Shown: one piece after another, positions 47,527 through 58,433 of the stretch
How the letters are laid out: every line of letters starts with the position of its first letter
Numbering within the stretch: position 1 is the first letter of the stretch
Assembly: GCA_039715015.1 (NCBI GenBank)
Contig: JBDLIE010000013.1
Location: forward strand, 1-64,000
Length of the DNA: 64,000 nt
Direction of reading: 5' to 3'
Source: Thermodesulfobacteriota bacterium
GTDB lineage: Bacteria > Desulfobacterota > Desulfobulbia > Desulfobulbales > SURF-16
Notes under the pieces: generated by a model
The model's database searches: none
Told to the model about the DNA's origin: nothing
What the model saw: the letters and a program-made list of their open reading frames with translations, nothing else
Program-made: the position numbers and the translations under genes

Positions 47527-47557
47527 CGCCCGGCTTTTTAAAGCCGGGCGTTTTTTT
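47527..47557 (+). terminator. Intra-operon hairpin or partial terminator
   Basis: CGCCCGGCTT...AAGCCGGGCG followed by T7. Confidence 0.7.
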
Positions 47558-47612
47558 ATGTGAGGACGGTTGGCTTGCGCCGTCCTTATTTTTTATGTCC
47601 TGCAAGATCTAG

Positions 47613-49352
47613 TTGACTGCCGTGGCCTACGATAATCTTCATAAGTTTGAGAAGATCCTCTTTGACGTTCTGTCTCTGATCCTCGTTATTTTTTACTCAT
47701 ATTCCGCTGTTCTTGAACCTGCTTCCACCCAGTATCACCGGGGGATCTATATCATCATCACCTATGTCTTGGTCTTTTTGGTCTATAAATCAAAAAAACC
47801 GATCATGCGTAGTGTGGACTATCTTCTTATTCTGTTGTCTATAGGTACCATCGGTTATTGGATTTTGAATTTCGAGTCAATCAATTATCGGATGGGACTG
47901 GAGACCCGGCTTGACATGACGGTGGCCATTATCGGTGTGCTGCTTGGTATTGAGCTGGCCCGTCGGGTGGTGGGGCCAATCTTTGTCGTCATTGGCATCT
48001 TGATGCTGCTTTACGGAGTCTACGGCGACTTGGCTCCTGAGCTTATCTCCCACGCCGGAGATGATTTCCCCAATCTCTGTGTTTCTATCTTTTATAAGAG
48101 TGACGGCGTTTTTGGCATCATGGCCAATGTTCTTGCCACCTATATTATTCTTTTTGTCATCTTTGGGGCCTTCTTGGAAAAATGCGGGGCCCAGAGATTT
48201 TTTATCGATTTTCCCTTGGCTGCAGTGGGTCATAAAGTAGGTGGGCCGGGCAAGGTGGCCGTGGTGGCCAGCGGTCTTTTTGGCTCCATCTCCGGTAGTG
48301 CCATTGCCAATACAGTTTCCACCGGCGCTTTTACCATTCCCATGATGAAAAAGGCGGGCTTTAAGCCCCATGTTGCAGGGGCCATTGAGCCAGCTGCTTC
48401 CATCGGTGGGATGTTCATGCCGCCGATTATGGGAGCCGGCGGTTTTATCATGGCTGAGATGACGGGCCTTCCCTATTCAAGGATCATGCTGGTGGCCCTT
48501 TTCCCGGCACTTATGTATTTCTTCTCTGTCTTTGTCATGGTCCATTACGAGGCCAAGAAGGATCATGTTGTTGGCGAAAAATCAGAATTCAACGCCTGGG
48601 AAATCGTCAAGAAGGAGTGGTATTATGTGATTCCCTTGGTGGCCATCACCATCTTGATGTTGTTTGGTTTTTCGCCAGGCTATTCAGCAATTTATGGGAT
48701 TGTGAGCTGCATCGTCATAAGTTGGTTTCGCAAGGATACCCGTATTGACCTGCGCGGTTTTGTTCAGGCCTCGCGGGCTGGGGCAGAAAGCAGCCTGAAA
48801 ATCGGCGCCACTGTCGGTGTCATCGGTATTATTATCGGCGTCCTCACTTACAGCGGTCTGGTTCTCACCTTTGCTGATATTGTTATTGAACTGGCCCATG
48901 GTTCTCTATTTCTGACCATTCTGCTCATTGCCCTGGCCTCACTTGTACTTGGAATGGGCGTGCCGGTGACAGCGGCCTATCTCATTACCGCTGTGGTGGC
49001 GGTGCCGGCTTTGACCCATCTCGGGGTCAATCCTTTGGCCTCTCACATGATTGTCTACTGGCTTTCGCAGGATTCCAATATCACGCCGCCGGTCTGTATC
49101 GCTGCCTTTGCAGGGGCCACCATTGCCAAGGCCAATATGTGGAAGACCGCCTTCACTGCCTTTAAATTTGCCAAGTTTCTCTACCTGGCTCCCTTTCTCT
49201 TTGGCTATGTGCCTGGTTTCTCCCTGCAGGGCGATAATATGGATATAGCCAAGACCCTTGTGCTGATCTTGTTTGGTACCTATGTCTACTCATGGATATT
49301 GAGCGGTATTTGGTTGAGACCTTTGCAGGCTATGTTTGGCCGCAAGGCTTAG
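47613..49352 (+). CDS. TRAP transporter fused permease (4TM/12TM type)
   Basis: GPGKVAVVASGLFGSISGSAIAN, ASIGGMFMPPIMGA, LGMGVPVTAAY and ITPPVC. Confidence 0.93.
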   Translation: MTAVAYDNLHKFEKILFDVLSLILVIFYSYSAVLEPASTQYHRGIYIIITYVLVFLVYKSKKPIMRSVDYLLILLSIGTIGYWILNFESINYRMGLETRLDMTVAIIGVLLGIELARRVVGPIFVVIGILMLLYGVYGDLAPELISHAGDDFPNLCVSIFYKSDGVFGIMANVLATYIILFVIFGAFLEKCGAQRFFIDFPLAAVGHKVGGPGKVAVVASGLFGSISGSAIANTVSTGAFTIPMMKKAGFKPHVAGAIEPAASIGGMFMPPIMGAGGFIMAEMTGLPYSRIMLVALFPALMYFFSVFVMVHYEAKKDHVVGEKSEFNAWEIVKKEWYYVIPLVAITILMLFGFSPGYSAIYGIVSCIVISWFRKDTRIDLRGFVQASRAGAESSLKIGATVGVIGIIIGVLTYSGLVLTFADIVIELAHGSLFLTILLIALASLVLGMGVPVTAAYLITAVVAVPALTHLGVNPLASHMIVYWLSQDSNITPPVCIAAFAGATIAKANMWKTAFTAFKFAKFLYLAPFLFGYVPGFSLQGDNMDIAKTLVLILFGTYVYSWILSGIWLRPLQAMFGRKA

Positions 49353-49504
49353 CTGGATTGTAGAGGGGAGGCTTGCAGGGACGTTCGGGAATAAATATCG
49401 AATGGCGAACAGGTAAGCGAGCATGCGAGACTCCGAGGAATCTTGAATACCGAAGGAAGGTCCTTTCTTAATGTTGTTTTTGTGGCCGGGCGTTTGGAGG
49501 AGAC

Positions 49505-49948
49505 TCAGTCCTCAAAGGTCAGCCGGTTGAATCCACCCTCTTCATACCAGGGACGGCTGGCCGTGAAGCCGGTAATTTCAACGATGTAGAGTTCGATAAC
49601 AAGATAGGTCTTGGTGCCTTTACGGGTGCAGACGGTCATGGACTTGCCGTGATCACCCAGGGCGGTGTGCAGGTGGATTTTGGGCTCGTCATGTTCGTCC
49701 CAGTAGATGGAGCCGGTACCCAGCAACTCGCGGGGTGAATCGACTTTCTGCCAGATGGGCTCTGGGGGCATGGTGGGCTCTTTGGGGCCGACGACCACGT
49801 CGGCCTCTGCCAATCCGCCGATGCAATGAAACCAGCCGTTTTTTATTTTTTCTTTTTTTACGACCTCCAGGAGACCGTCGAGGAAATCATCCCCCTGATC
49901 AAAGCGGACGACAAAGACGCGGTTCATGGTGCCGCTGCGATATTCCAT
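49505..49948 (-). CDS. PPC/DUF296 domain protein
   Basis: VVRFDQGDD, IGGL and IHLHTALG. Confidence 0.85.
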   Translation of the reverse strand: MEYRSGTMNRVFVVRFDQGDDFLDGLLEVVKKEKIKNGWFHCIGGLAEADVVVGPKEPTMPPEPIWQKVDSPRELLGTGSIYWDEHDEPKIHLHTALGDHGKSMTVCTRKGTKTYLVIELYIVEITGFTASRPWYEEGGFNRLTFED

Positions 49949-49951
49949 GCT

Positions 49952-50494
49952 CTATCCCTTCTGTAATTTGGCCGAATCAGAGGCCGCTTTGAGGGTTCGA
50001 AAGATCTCTCGAGTATAGGTGACCTTGCGGGTCCGGGAAAAGCGTTTGGCCGCCTTCCTGACATCCATTTCATCGAGGTTGGGAAAAAGAGACAAGGCTT
50101 TTTCCAAAGCAGGGGACGGCCAGTCATCCCCCAGGGGCTCATCATTATGGAAGGCATCTTCCACGCCGGCCAGGACATCTGTAATGATGTTGTCGCGCAG
50201 CCGTTCCAGTTCGTGGAATTCGGAATTCTTTTTGAGCCGTGAACCTTTTCGGTCCTCTAGGAAATTGAGAAGCGGCGCCGGATCCGTTTCCCTAATCTGC
50301 TTGGTTATATACTTGATCTGCCTCTTGCGGGCCCCTGATTTTAAGGGTTGAGCGGTGCGAATCTCCTCTTTGAGGAAATCATCACAGGGCAGTTTTTTTA
50401 TCTCATTGGCTGAGAGGGTAACCAGTTCGTTGGCCAGACTTTCTATCTGTTTTGCCTGGCGTTTTTTTTCGGAGCGGGAAATGTGGTAGGGCAC
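49952..50494 (-). CDS. yjgA: Ribosome-associated protein YjgA/DarP (DUF615)
   Basis: SRSEKKR, ARKRQIKYITK, FHELERLRD and REIFR. Confidence 0.85.
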   Translation of the reverse strand: MPYHISRSEKKRQAKQIESLANELVTLSANEIKKLPCDDFLKEEIRTAQPLKSGARKRQIKYITKQIRETDPAPLLNFLEDRKGSRLKKNSEFHELERLRDNIITDVLAGVEDAFHNDEPLGDDWPSPALEKALSLFPNLDEMDVRKAAKRFSRTRKVTYTREIFRTLKAASDSAKLQKG

Positions 50495-50683
50495 AGGGGG
50501 CTCTTTTAAGGAAAAAATTGTGTAATGACAGGATGTTGATCCTGCAAGCAGCCTTTTATTGTTGCCAGGGGGATGACTAAAAGACTATTATCGTTTTTTA
50601 GGCACGCGACAGTAATTCATTGTCTTCATGGCCTGATAATTCATGAAAAGAAGCTCTTATTGATCATATAAAAGGAAAGCCAA

Positions 50684-51856
50684 ATGATTGCATCGAAAAA
50701 ATTTATTGTGACCCAGCCCACCCAGATCCATTTTGGAGTTGGTATGGTGGATAGTCTTGCCCAGGTGGTGACAGATTGCGGCGGCAGCAAGGTTCTCTTG
50801 GTTGCCGATCCCGGTCTGAAGGCCGTGGGCCTCCTCGACAAGATTACAGCTCCATTGGAAGCAGCTGGGACAGACTATATTCTTTTTGACCATGTTGACC
50901 CGGAGCCTGGTCTGCTTCTGGCCGATGAGGGCACCGCCCTGGCCAAGGAGAATGGCTGTGACTGTGTGATTGGCGCTGGCGGTGGTTCTGCCATGGATGT
51001 GGCCAAGGCCATCAGTATCCTGATCACCAACGGTGGCAAGGCAGAGGATTATCTCGGCCTGGGCAAAATTGCCAAGGCAGGAGTGCCAAAGATCATGGTC
51101 CCCACTACAGCGGGTACTGGCGCAGAGGTGACCTTTACCGCTGTCTTTATTAATGAAAAGACAAAAAGTAAGGGAGGGATGAATGGAGACCCTCTCTATC
51201 CGGATGCGGCTGTTCTTGATCCAGCTCTGACCCTGACTCTGCCTCCCCATGTCACGGCAGCGCCAGGTATTGACGCTTTTGTCCATGCCATGGAGGCCTT
51301 TACCTCCAGCCAATCCCATGCTATCTCCGATATGTACGCCCTGGAAGCCATGGAACTTATCAGTCACAACCTGCCCCTGGCCTATGCCAATGGTGATAAC
51401 CTTGAGGCCCGAACCGGAATGCTTATGGGGTCGCTCTTGGGTGGCAAGGCACTAGCAACAGCTGGCGTTGGCCTTATTCATGCCATGGCCTATCCCTTAG
51501 GTGGCATGTTCGGCATCCCCCACGGCTTGGCTAATGCTGTGCTCATGCCCTTTGTGGTTGATTATAATATCATCGGTGATCCCTTGAAGTATGCCCGTAT
51601 TGCCGATGTCATGGGCTATGATATCGCTGAGCTAAGCCTGCGCGAGGCAGCTGCCACAGCAGTTGAGGCTGTCTATAACCTTAACAGCGATGTCGCCATC
51701 CCCACCAGTCTTGCCGAGCTTGATATCCCGGCTGACAAAATTCCGGAAATGGCTGAGATAGCCCTCACCGTCACCCGCCCCGTGGAAAATAACCCGCGTA
51801 AACCAAGCCTGGAAGAGGTGATTGCCATTTATGAGATTGCCCATAAGGGCTGGTAA
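50684..51856 (+). CDS. Iron-containing alcohol dehydrogenase (candidate KdnB-type)
   Basis: GGGSAMD, PTTAGTGAEVT, DAFVHAME, IHAMAY and PHGLANA. Confidence 0.88.
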   Translation: MIASKKFIVTQPTQIHFGVGMVDSLAQVVTDCGGSKVLLVADPGLKAVGLLDKITAPLEAAGTDYILFDHVDPEPGLLLADEGTALAKENGCDCVIGAGGGSAMDVAKAISILITNGGKAEDYLGLGKIAKAGVPKIMVPTTAGTGAEVTFTAVFINEKTKSKGGMNGDPLYPDAAVLDPALTLTLPPHVTAAPGIDAFVHAMEAFTSSQSHAISDMYALEAMELISHNLPLAYANGDNLEARTGMLMGSLLGGKALATAGVGLIHAMAYPLGGMFGIPHGLANAVLMPFVVDYNIIGDPLKYARIADVMGYDIAELSLREAAATAVEAVYNLNSDVAIPTSLAELDIPADKIPEMAEIALTVTRPVENNPRKPSLEEVIAIYEIAHKGW

Positions 51857-51866
51857 GGTTGGGAGT

Positions 51867-52004
51867 GGCACCTTTAAAAATTGCCCTTTCGCCCGATTTC
51901 TTCGTCGCAGGATAAATTTAAATGCTCACATATGATTATATGCTCCGCTTTAAATTTATCCTGCTCCTCGAACTCGAACGAAATAGCTAATTTTTCAAGG
52001 CACC
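51867..52004. mobile_element. MITE-like palindromic element (138 bp)
   Basis: Imperfect TIRs GGCACCTTTAAAAATT / AATTTTTCAAGGCACC and an internal 16-bp perfect inverted repeat GCAGGATAAATTTAAA. Confidence 0.7.
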
Positions 52005-52053
52005 GAGAATTAGAAAACAGAACTGAATAATTAGGAAAAACTGGAGAGAGATC

Positions 52054-53256
52054 ATGCCGGGATTTGAGGTTTTTGGAGCGGAAGAGAAGAAAGAGATCAT
52101 GGATGTTCTGGATACCGGCGTTCTGTTTCGCTATGAGTTTGGCGATCAGCGCAACGATATTTTCAAGGTCCGTGAGTTTGAGCAGAAGTTTGCCGCCTAT
52201 TGCGGTTCACAACATGGGCAGGCCGTGACCTCCGGCACAGCGGCTCTTAAGGTTGCCATGGCTGCCTTGGGTGTCGGTCCAGGTGACGAAGTTATTACCC
52301 AGGGCTTCACCTTTGTCGCCACTTGGGAGGCCATCTTTGATGTGGGTGCGGTGCCGGTTTTTACCGAGGTCGACGAGACCTTGAATATGGACCCTGCTGA
52401 TCTTGAGAAGAAGATCACGGACAAAACAAAACTCATTATCCCGGTGCACATGCTCGGTGCCCCGGCCCGTATAGAAGAGATTGTGGCTGTGGCCAACAAG
52501 AAGGGAATTGCCGTGCTTGAGGATACGGCCCAGGCCCCCGGCGCTAAATTAAACGGTAAGGCCCTTGGGAGCTTTGGCGTCTGCGGTACTTTTTCATTTG
52601 ATTCGGTGAAGACCATCACCACCGGTGAAGGGGGCATGGTCATCACCGATGATGAACATCTTTGGCGCCAAATGAGCGAATACCACGATCATGGTCATGA
52701 CCACGCCGTTAACCCCGGTGGCCGGGGTGGCGAAGGCCGGAGTTTTATCGGTTTTAACTACCGGATGATGGAGTTGCAAGGCGCCATGGGTCTGGCCCAG
52801 CTTGCCAAGCTCGATGACATCGTCGCTAATCAGCAAAAAAATAAAGCGGCCATCAAAGAGGCTGTGGTTCATATACCCGGGGTGAGTTTCCGGACCATCC
52901 TTGATGAGCAGGGTGATTCCGCCTCCTTTCTAGGTTTTTTCCTGCCTGATGGCGAGGCCGCCACAAGAGTTAATGCCATCCTTGCTGAAAACGGTGCCGG
53001 CGCCATCCCCTTTGGTTCAAACACCTGGCATTTTTATCCGAAATGGGAGCATCTCATTGCCGGATCCACCCTGGCCAAGTCGGGTTGGCCTTTTCACCAT
53101 GCCAAAGGCAAGCGCCGGGTGATTTATGATGCCGATGTTCTGCCCCAGTCAGCAGCCCTCATGGATCGCCTCCTTGTCTATCAGGTGCCGGTTAATCTTC
53201 CGGAAAAGCGTCTTCGCCAGATAACCGAGGCCTTGAATAAAGCAGTAAATTATTAG
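52054..53256 (+). CDS. kdnA: DegT-family PLP aminotransferase, KdnA-like (Kdo8N transaminase)
   Basis: MPGFEVFG...FRY, SGTAAL, FSFDSVKTITTGEGG and DHGHDH resemble Shewanella KdnA as recalled. Confidence 0.75.
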   Translation: MPGFEVFGAEEKKEIMDVLDTGVLFRYEFGDQRNDIFKVREFEQKFAAYCGSQHGQAVTSGTAALKVAMAALGVGPGDEVITQGFTFVATWEAIFDVGAVPVFTEVDETLNMDPADLEKKITDKTKLIIPVHMLGAPARIEEIVAVANKKGIAVLEDTAQAPGAKLNGKALGSFGVCGTFSFDSVKTITTGEGGMVITDDEHLWRQMSEYHDHGHDHAVNPGGRGGEGRSFIGFNYRMMELQGAMGLAQLAKLDDIVANQQKNKAAIKEAVVHIPGVSFRTILDEQGDSASFLGFFLPDGEAATRVNAILAENGAGAIPFGSNTWHFYPKWEHLIAGSTLAKSGWPFHHAKGKRRVIYDADVLPQSAALMDRLLVYQVPVNLPEKRLRQITEALNKAVNY

Positions 53257-53292
53257 AAATAGAAGGTTTGCTTCCAAAAGGAAAAGGGATGT

Positions 53293-56200
53293 TTAAAGGT
53301 TGCCCAAGACTTCTCTGAGCACAGCAGAAATTTTAGCCGTGTTATAGGGCTTCTGAATAAAATGCTTGATTCCCACGAGCTTGACTTCTTTCTGGGACAT
53401 AAATGAACCATAGCCGCTGCAGAGGATGATAGGGATATCAGGCTTGACGGCCATGGCCTTTTGGGCCAGCTGGCACCCTGTCATCTTCGGCATGGATTGG
53501 TCGGTGATCAGCAAGTCAAATCGATCAGGGTCTTTCTTGATGAGCTCAAGGGCCTCTGAGCTGCTGGTTAATGCCGTTACTTCATAGCCCAGGTGTTCAA
53601 GGATGAGCTGGCCTAGTTCGACCAAGGAAGGTTCATCGTCAACAAAAAGGATTTTCTCATTACCCCCTTGCACCTCTTCTTTGACGCTTATGGGTTCCGG
53701 TTGCTGATTCTCCGAGGCAAGAGCCGGTAAATAGATGGTGAAGGTCGAGCCTTCCCCCTTTTTGGAGCTGGCGACTATATTCCCGTTATAGCTTCTGACT
53801 ATTCCATGGACCACGGAGAGACCCATGCCGGTTCCTTTGCCCAGGGCCTTTGTGGTGAAAAATGGGTCAAAGATTCGCTCTAGGTTCTCTGGGCTGATTC
53901 CGCTGCCGTTATCACTGACTGACAGTTTGACGTATTGACCGGGAGCCAGATTAGTGGCCTGGGGATGCTGCTCATCAATCTCTTCATTCACAAGCTCGAC
54001 ACATAAAACCCCACCCTGCTGAAGCTCCATGGCGTGATGGGCATTGGTGCAGAGATTAAGAATAATCTGATGGATTTGAGTAGGGTCGCCCATTATTTTG
54101 CTTGTATTTGCCTCGATTTTGGCACGCAGATCGATATTTGCAGGAATCGTGGCCCGCAGAAGTTTTAGACTTTCCTTGATGATGGGTGCAATTGCTATAA
54201 GCTGGTGATGGAGTTTTTCTTTGCGGCTGAATGTTAGAATCTGGCTGACGAGGTCTTTGGCTCGGTTTCCAGACCGCATTACCTGCTCAAGGAGCGGGGC
54301 AACTTCGCTGTCTTTTTCTAATTTGATAAGAGACAGTTCTGTGTAGCCGTTAATGGCGCCTAATATATTGTTGAAATCGTGGGCTATGCCGCCAGCCATG
54401 GTGCCAATAGCCTCAAGTTTTTGGGCTTGGTTAAGCTGACTGCGTAACTCAAGCTGGTCATTTTCATATTTTTTCCTGTCAGTGATGTCCTGCACTGAAC
54501 CCACCATTGTTTGAGGAGTTTTGGCGTCACCAAAAAAGATGTTACCCCGTTCCTGAACAATACGGATGGTGCCGTCCGGCCTAACAATTCGGTGCTCAAT
54601 GTCATACAGCTTCCCCTGAAGGGCATCTTCGACAGCCTGCTCAACCATCTGTCGGTCATCTGGGTGAATTGTCGACAGAAACGAGTCGTAGTCAATGGGA
54701 GAATTTTCCACATCCAGCCCAAAAATGCGGTATGTTTCTTCAGACCACCAGAGGCGGCCATCATTAATACTCCACTGCCAACTGCCGAGATGGGCAAGAC
54801 GTTGTGCTTCAGCAAGGCTGGCTTCACTTTTAATAAGGTCGGCAGACCGCTCTTTAATCAGATCTTCCAGGTGAAGACGATAACGCTCCAACTCCTCTTC
54901 AGCAGTCTTTCTTTCCGTGATGTCATGGACAACGGCAAGAAACCTCTTTTTACCGCCAATAAATGCCGGCTTAAGGGTGACTTCCACCCAGAAGAGTGAG
55001 CCGTCCTTTTTTTGGGCATGCCATATAAATGTTTTGTCTCCCTCAGAGAGGGTTTGAGAGATTATTTTTGCTGCCTGGCCAGAAGTGTACGGATACTCAC
55101 CGGAGCAGAGATCGCCTATGTTGATATTTTTGACTTCATCAGGTGTTGAATAACCGTACATGTCGCACATGGATTGGTTAACATCAAGGATGGAGCCGTC
55201 TTTGATGTCATTGACAAAAATAGCCTCATTGGTGGCGTTAAAGATTTCCCGATAGTTGTTTTCCGCCCGTTTTATTTTGACGAGCTGGTGGCCCAAAGCT
55301 TTTTTTGCCTGCTGAAGACTGCCATTTAAGCGAACAACATAGCTGAAGCTCAATAATAACAAGACAAAGAAGGCAACAACGGTAAAAACCTCTGCTTTGT
55401 ACTGTTGAAAAAAGTCCCATGGGGCAATGGGGCCAAGATGTCTTTGGTATGGGCCAAGATGAAGCTCTTGAAGGAGTTCGTGGACAGGTTGGTAGTCAAG
55501 GGGAACTGTCCAGCCGCTGATGGAGGCTGCCCGGGCCGCTTCGGAATCAGGTGGCATGGAGAGAAGGGCAATGCTCACCTTTTCGGCCAGGGAATCAGGC
55601 GTATGTTTTAGTTTGGCAAAAGGCCACTCAGGATAAAGACGTGTGCTGCACTGATAGTTGAATGTCGTTGTCAGGTCAGAGGGGTGGAGGACTTTAATGG
55701 CAGCCAGATCGATTTTCCCCTCAGCGGCCATTCTTTCCAGGGTATCTGTGCGGACGGTTCCTGCGTCCGCCTTTCCTTCAAGAACGGCATAGACAACTTT
55801 GTCGTGGGTACCGGCAAAGGTGAGGGACTTGAAATAATTTCTCGGAGAAATACCATGTTCGTTGAACTCACGCCAGGCCATCTGCCAGCCGCCTAGTGAG
55901 TCCGGGTCAACAGCTTGAAATTTGATGCCTTTCAGATCTTTAAATGTGGAGATCTCCTTTTTGTCAGCCCTTGTAAAAATAACACCGCCAAAACGTTTTT
56001 CCGGCACATGATTGATAAGGTTTTTCAGAGTGGCAATGCGGCTGGTGCCATAATCAAACTCAAGGTGGACATAATAGGCACTGTTGGTAATGACAAAATC
56101 GATGCCGCCGTCAGCCACGGACTGACGAATTTCATCAAAATCACGCGGAATAATTTTAAAGGTGAAAGACGGTAATGCCTGGCTGAGATAAGAAGCCGTA

Positions 56201-56388
56201 GGCTCCCATTTTTTTAAGGACTGCTCGTAACCGCGTTTGGCCAACACCCCAATTTTGATAGGGGTTTTGTCTTGGGCGTATAGGGGGGAGGGGGTGAATA
56301 AGTTAAGGCCGAGCTGGAGCGCTAAAAACAAAAAAACAACTAAGCAAAACAGGGGTATTATTTTCAGGTAACGTCGACTTCGAGTCAT
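53293..56388 (-). CDS. Hybrid histidine kinase with PhnD/TtrS-like periplasmic binding domain, two PAS domains and REC
   Basis: [54 protein letters not shown] receiver. Confidence 0.92.
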   Translation of the reverse strand: MTRSRRYLKIIPLFCLVVFLFLALQLGLNLFTPSPLYAQDKTPIKIGVLAKRGYEQSLKKWEPTASYLSQALPSFTFKIIPRDFDEIRQSVADGGIDFVITNSAYYVHLEFDYGTSRIATLKNLINHVPEKRFGGVIFTRADKKEISTFKDLKGIKFQAVDPDSLGGWQMAWREFNEHGISPRNYFKSLTFAGTHDKVVYAVLEGKADAGTVRTDTLERMAAEGKIDLAAIKVLHPSDLTTTFNYQCSTRLYPEWPFAKLKHTPDSLAEKVSIALLSMPPDSEAARAASISGWTVPLDYQPVHELLQELHLGPYQRHLGPIAPWDFFQQYKAEVFTVVAFFVLLLLSFSYVVRLNGSLQQAKKALGHQLVKIKRAENNYREIFNATNEAIFVNDIKDGSILDVNQSMCDMYGYSTPDEVKNINIGDLCSGEYPYTSGQAAKIISQTLSEGDKTFIWHAQKKDGSLFWVEVTLKPAFIGGKKRFLAVVHDITERKTAEEELERYRLHLEDLIKERSADLIKSEASLAEAQRLAHLGSWQWSINDGRLWWSEETYRIFGLDVENSPIDYDSFLSTIHPDDRQMVEQAVEDALQGKLYDIEHRIVRPDGTIRIVQERGNIFFGDAKTPQTMVGSVQDITDRKKYENDQLELRSQLNQAQKLEAIGTMAGGIAHDFNNILGAINGYTELSLIKLEKDSEVAPLLEQVMRSGNRAKDLVSQILTFSRKEKLHHQLIAIAPIIKESLKLLRATIPANIDLRAKIEANTSKIMGDPTQIHQIILNLCTNAHHAMELQQGGVLCVELVNEEIDEQHPQATNLAPGQYVKLSVSDNGSGISPENLERIFDPFFTTKALGKGTGMGLSVVHGIVRSYNGNIVASSKKGEGSTFTIYLPALASENQQPEPISVKEEVQGGNEKILFVDDEPSLVELGQLILEHLGYEVTALTSSSEALELIKKDPDRFDLLITDQSMPKMTGCQLAQKAMAVKPDIPIILCSGYGSFMSQKEVKLVGIKHFIQKPYNTAKISAVLREVLGNL

Positions 56389-56607
56389 GGCTGGCCTACT
56401 CTTCAGCTGAGGTGAAGAGGCAGTGTGCTGTTAAAAATATGATTTCTAGGCATCAGCAATCAATCCGCCCAAAAAATATAAAAAGAGTAAATAAAGTATA
56501 AATAAGTATAGAGAGATTGCAGGAAGTTTGTCAAAAAATGGGGACAAAGGAGGCATGCTCCCTTGTTTTCTTGAGTTAAGCCACTTTTTGAGAGAAAAGT
56601 TCCGTAG

Positions 56608-56868
56608 CTACTGGTTCAGGATCATTGCAGTCAAGGCAGTAGATAAGGGTCCATGCCTCGTCGCTGAGACCATCAAGGCATTGCCGGCAGATGGGATTAC
56701 CAGTTCGCTTTGATCACTGATCGCGCCATTGGAACTGTTTGAGCCAACGGCTAGAACCGGATAGTTTACAGCTTCATGGGGTTCTGTGTCGCGGCGACCG
56801 TGAATAAGTTCGCAGTGGCTGTGGGCCAAATCCATCTGCAAACCAAGGGTGTCAATTTCATCGATCAT
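56608..56868 (-). CDS. Small hypothetical protein
   Basis: 86 aa ORF with a purine-rich upstream sequence; no motif recognised. Confidence 0.3.
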   Translation of the reverse strand: MIDEIDTLGLQMDLAHSHCELIHGRRDTEPHEAVNYPVLAVGSNSSNGAISDQSELVIPSAGNALMVSATRHGPLSTALTAMILNQ

Positions 56869-57027
56869 GGCTTCCCTGCCTTATCATATATAGACAGCAA
56901 GGATGGTGCCTATAATTTATTTATCGGCACAGGTGGTGGAGTTGATAAATAAAGAGGTGGGGAGAGCAGCCGTACCCATCCCAGCCTAAAAAGAAAGGGA
57001 GCTTTTTCTTGATGAAAATAAAGTCTA

Positions 57028-57498
57028 TTACTTGGGGTAGACCACCGAGAGTCCGGCCTTTTTCCACTCATCGAGACCGCCTCGAAGGTTGTAGATCTCT
57101 GTGAAGCCGTGTTTGACCATGATTTTCCCAGCCGCATAACTTCTGCCGCCAACAGCACAGACAACAAGAATTGGGGTGTTCTTGGGGATGGGGAGGTCGT
57201 TCTGGAAAATGGACCTCAAAGAGGTCTGTTGGGAGCCCGGAATAGCACCATAATTGATAATTTCCCTGGTTAATCGGGTGTCGAGGATGAGGAGGCCTTC
57301 CTTGCCGCTGATAAGTTTTTGGGCTGTCTGGGCAGAGATAGAAGTAAAGGGGGATTGTTGCTGCTCAACAGGCTCTAAGGGGATCTGTATTGCCAGGGGT
57401 GGTTGTTCCTGTACGGAAGTTGTTTTTTTGGGGTCGGACTGCTCAGAGGAACATCCTGCAAGGATCAGGATAAAGAGAAGGGCGCTAAATTTATTCAT
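57028..57498 (-). CDS. Rhodanese-domain lipoprotein
   Basis: Lipobox LAGC; ILDTR, GAIPGS, active loop CAVGGRS and NLRGGLDEW. Confidence 0.88.
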   Translation of the reverse strand: MNKFSALLFILILAGCSSEQSDPKKTTSVQEQPPLAIQIPLEPVEQQQSPFTSISAQTAQKLISGKEGLLILDTRLTREIINYGAIPGSQQTSLRSIFQNDLPIPKNTPILVVCAVGGRSYAAGKIMVKHGFTEIYNLRGGLDEWKKAGLSVVYPK

Positions 57499-57541
57499 TT
57501 TAGGTGGTTGTCTCGTTGTTGAAGTAAAAAAAAGAGGATTG

Positions 57542-58321
57542 TCAGCAGTGGGGGAAATAGACATCAAAGCGGCTATTCTTGCTTTTGATGTATAGCGGCG
57601 GCTTTTTGTTCCCAAGAAATGGAGCTCCTTTGGGGCGTTTTACCACCACCCGGCCAGGGCAGCAGGAAATGGCCCAGGCAAGGAGGGCGTCTGCATCGTC
57701 ATCGTCACCAACCAGCGCCCTGGTCAGCCGCATCTCTTTTTTGACCAGGCTTGCTTTTTGGCGATGAGGATACATGGGATCAAGAAAAATGACATCCAGA
57801 AATTCACCATTGGATGTTCTTTGCTGGGAATCGCCACAGGAGAGGGTCATCCTGGCAATGATGTCCTTGATGTCCTCGTCCTCCTTACCTCTCTTGAGGC
57901 CATCCTCAAGGAGGGCGTGAAGGATGGGTGAGCGTTCAACAAGTCGAACCGTGCAGCCCAAAGATGCAAGGACAAAGGCATCCCTGCCTAGACCGGCAGT
58001 GGCGTCAAGGACCAAGGGGCAACGGTTTTTTTTCAGGCCCACGGCCCGGGCCAGGGGCTGGTCTCGGCCACCCCCGTGCAGCCGGCGATAGGCAGATTTG
58101 CCGGCGCAGAAGTCAACAAAAACCGGCCCCGGCTTGCCGGGGCCGGTCTCCTGTAATTCCAGCCTGCCAGCGCGGAAATGGAGAAGAAACACACACTCTG
58201 GCTTTTCAGATGCCAGGGGGAGTTGCAGACGCTTGGCAAGGGCAAGGGCCTGCTCTCGGTCCGGCTCTTCCTGCCAAGAGACAGCAAGGTCCTGGTTTGG
58301 GTATTTTAAAGGAGTGGGCAT
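57542..58321 (-). CDS. rsmJ: 16S rRNA m2G1516 methyltransferase
   Basis: DATAGLGRDAFVLA, LDPMYP, KKEM and RVVVKRP. Confidence 0.93.
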   Translation of the reverse strand: MPTPLKYPNQDLAVSWQEEPDREQALALAKRLQLPLASEKPECVFLLHFRAGRLELQETGPGKPGPVFVDFCAGKSAYRRLHGGGRDQPLARAVGLKKNRCPLVLDATAGLGRDAFVLASLGCTVRLVERSPILHALLEDGLKRGKEDEDIKDIIARMTLSCGDSQQRTSNGEFLDVIFLDPMYPHRQKASLVKKEMRLTRALVGDDDDADALLAWAISCCPGRVVVKRPKGAPFLGNKKPPLYIKSKNSRFDVYFPHC

Positions 58322-58433
58322 GGAAAATGAGGCTTATCAAAGAGACGAGAATAGAGTAAGATAGCTGGTCTTTATTTGGTTGTGGGGCTACTTGCTGTGC
58401 GCAACAGCTTTTATGAGAGAGTAACAGGAAAAT

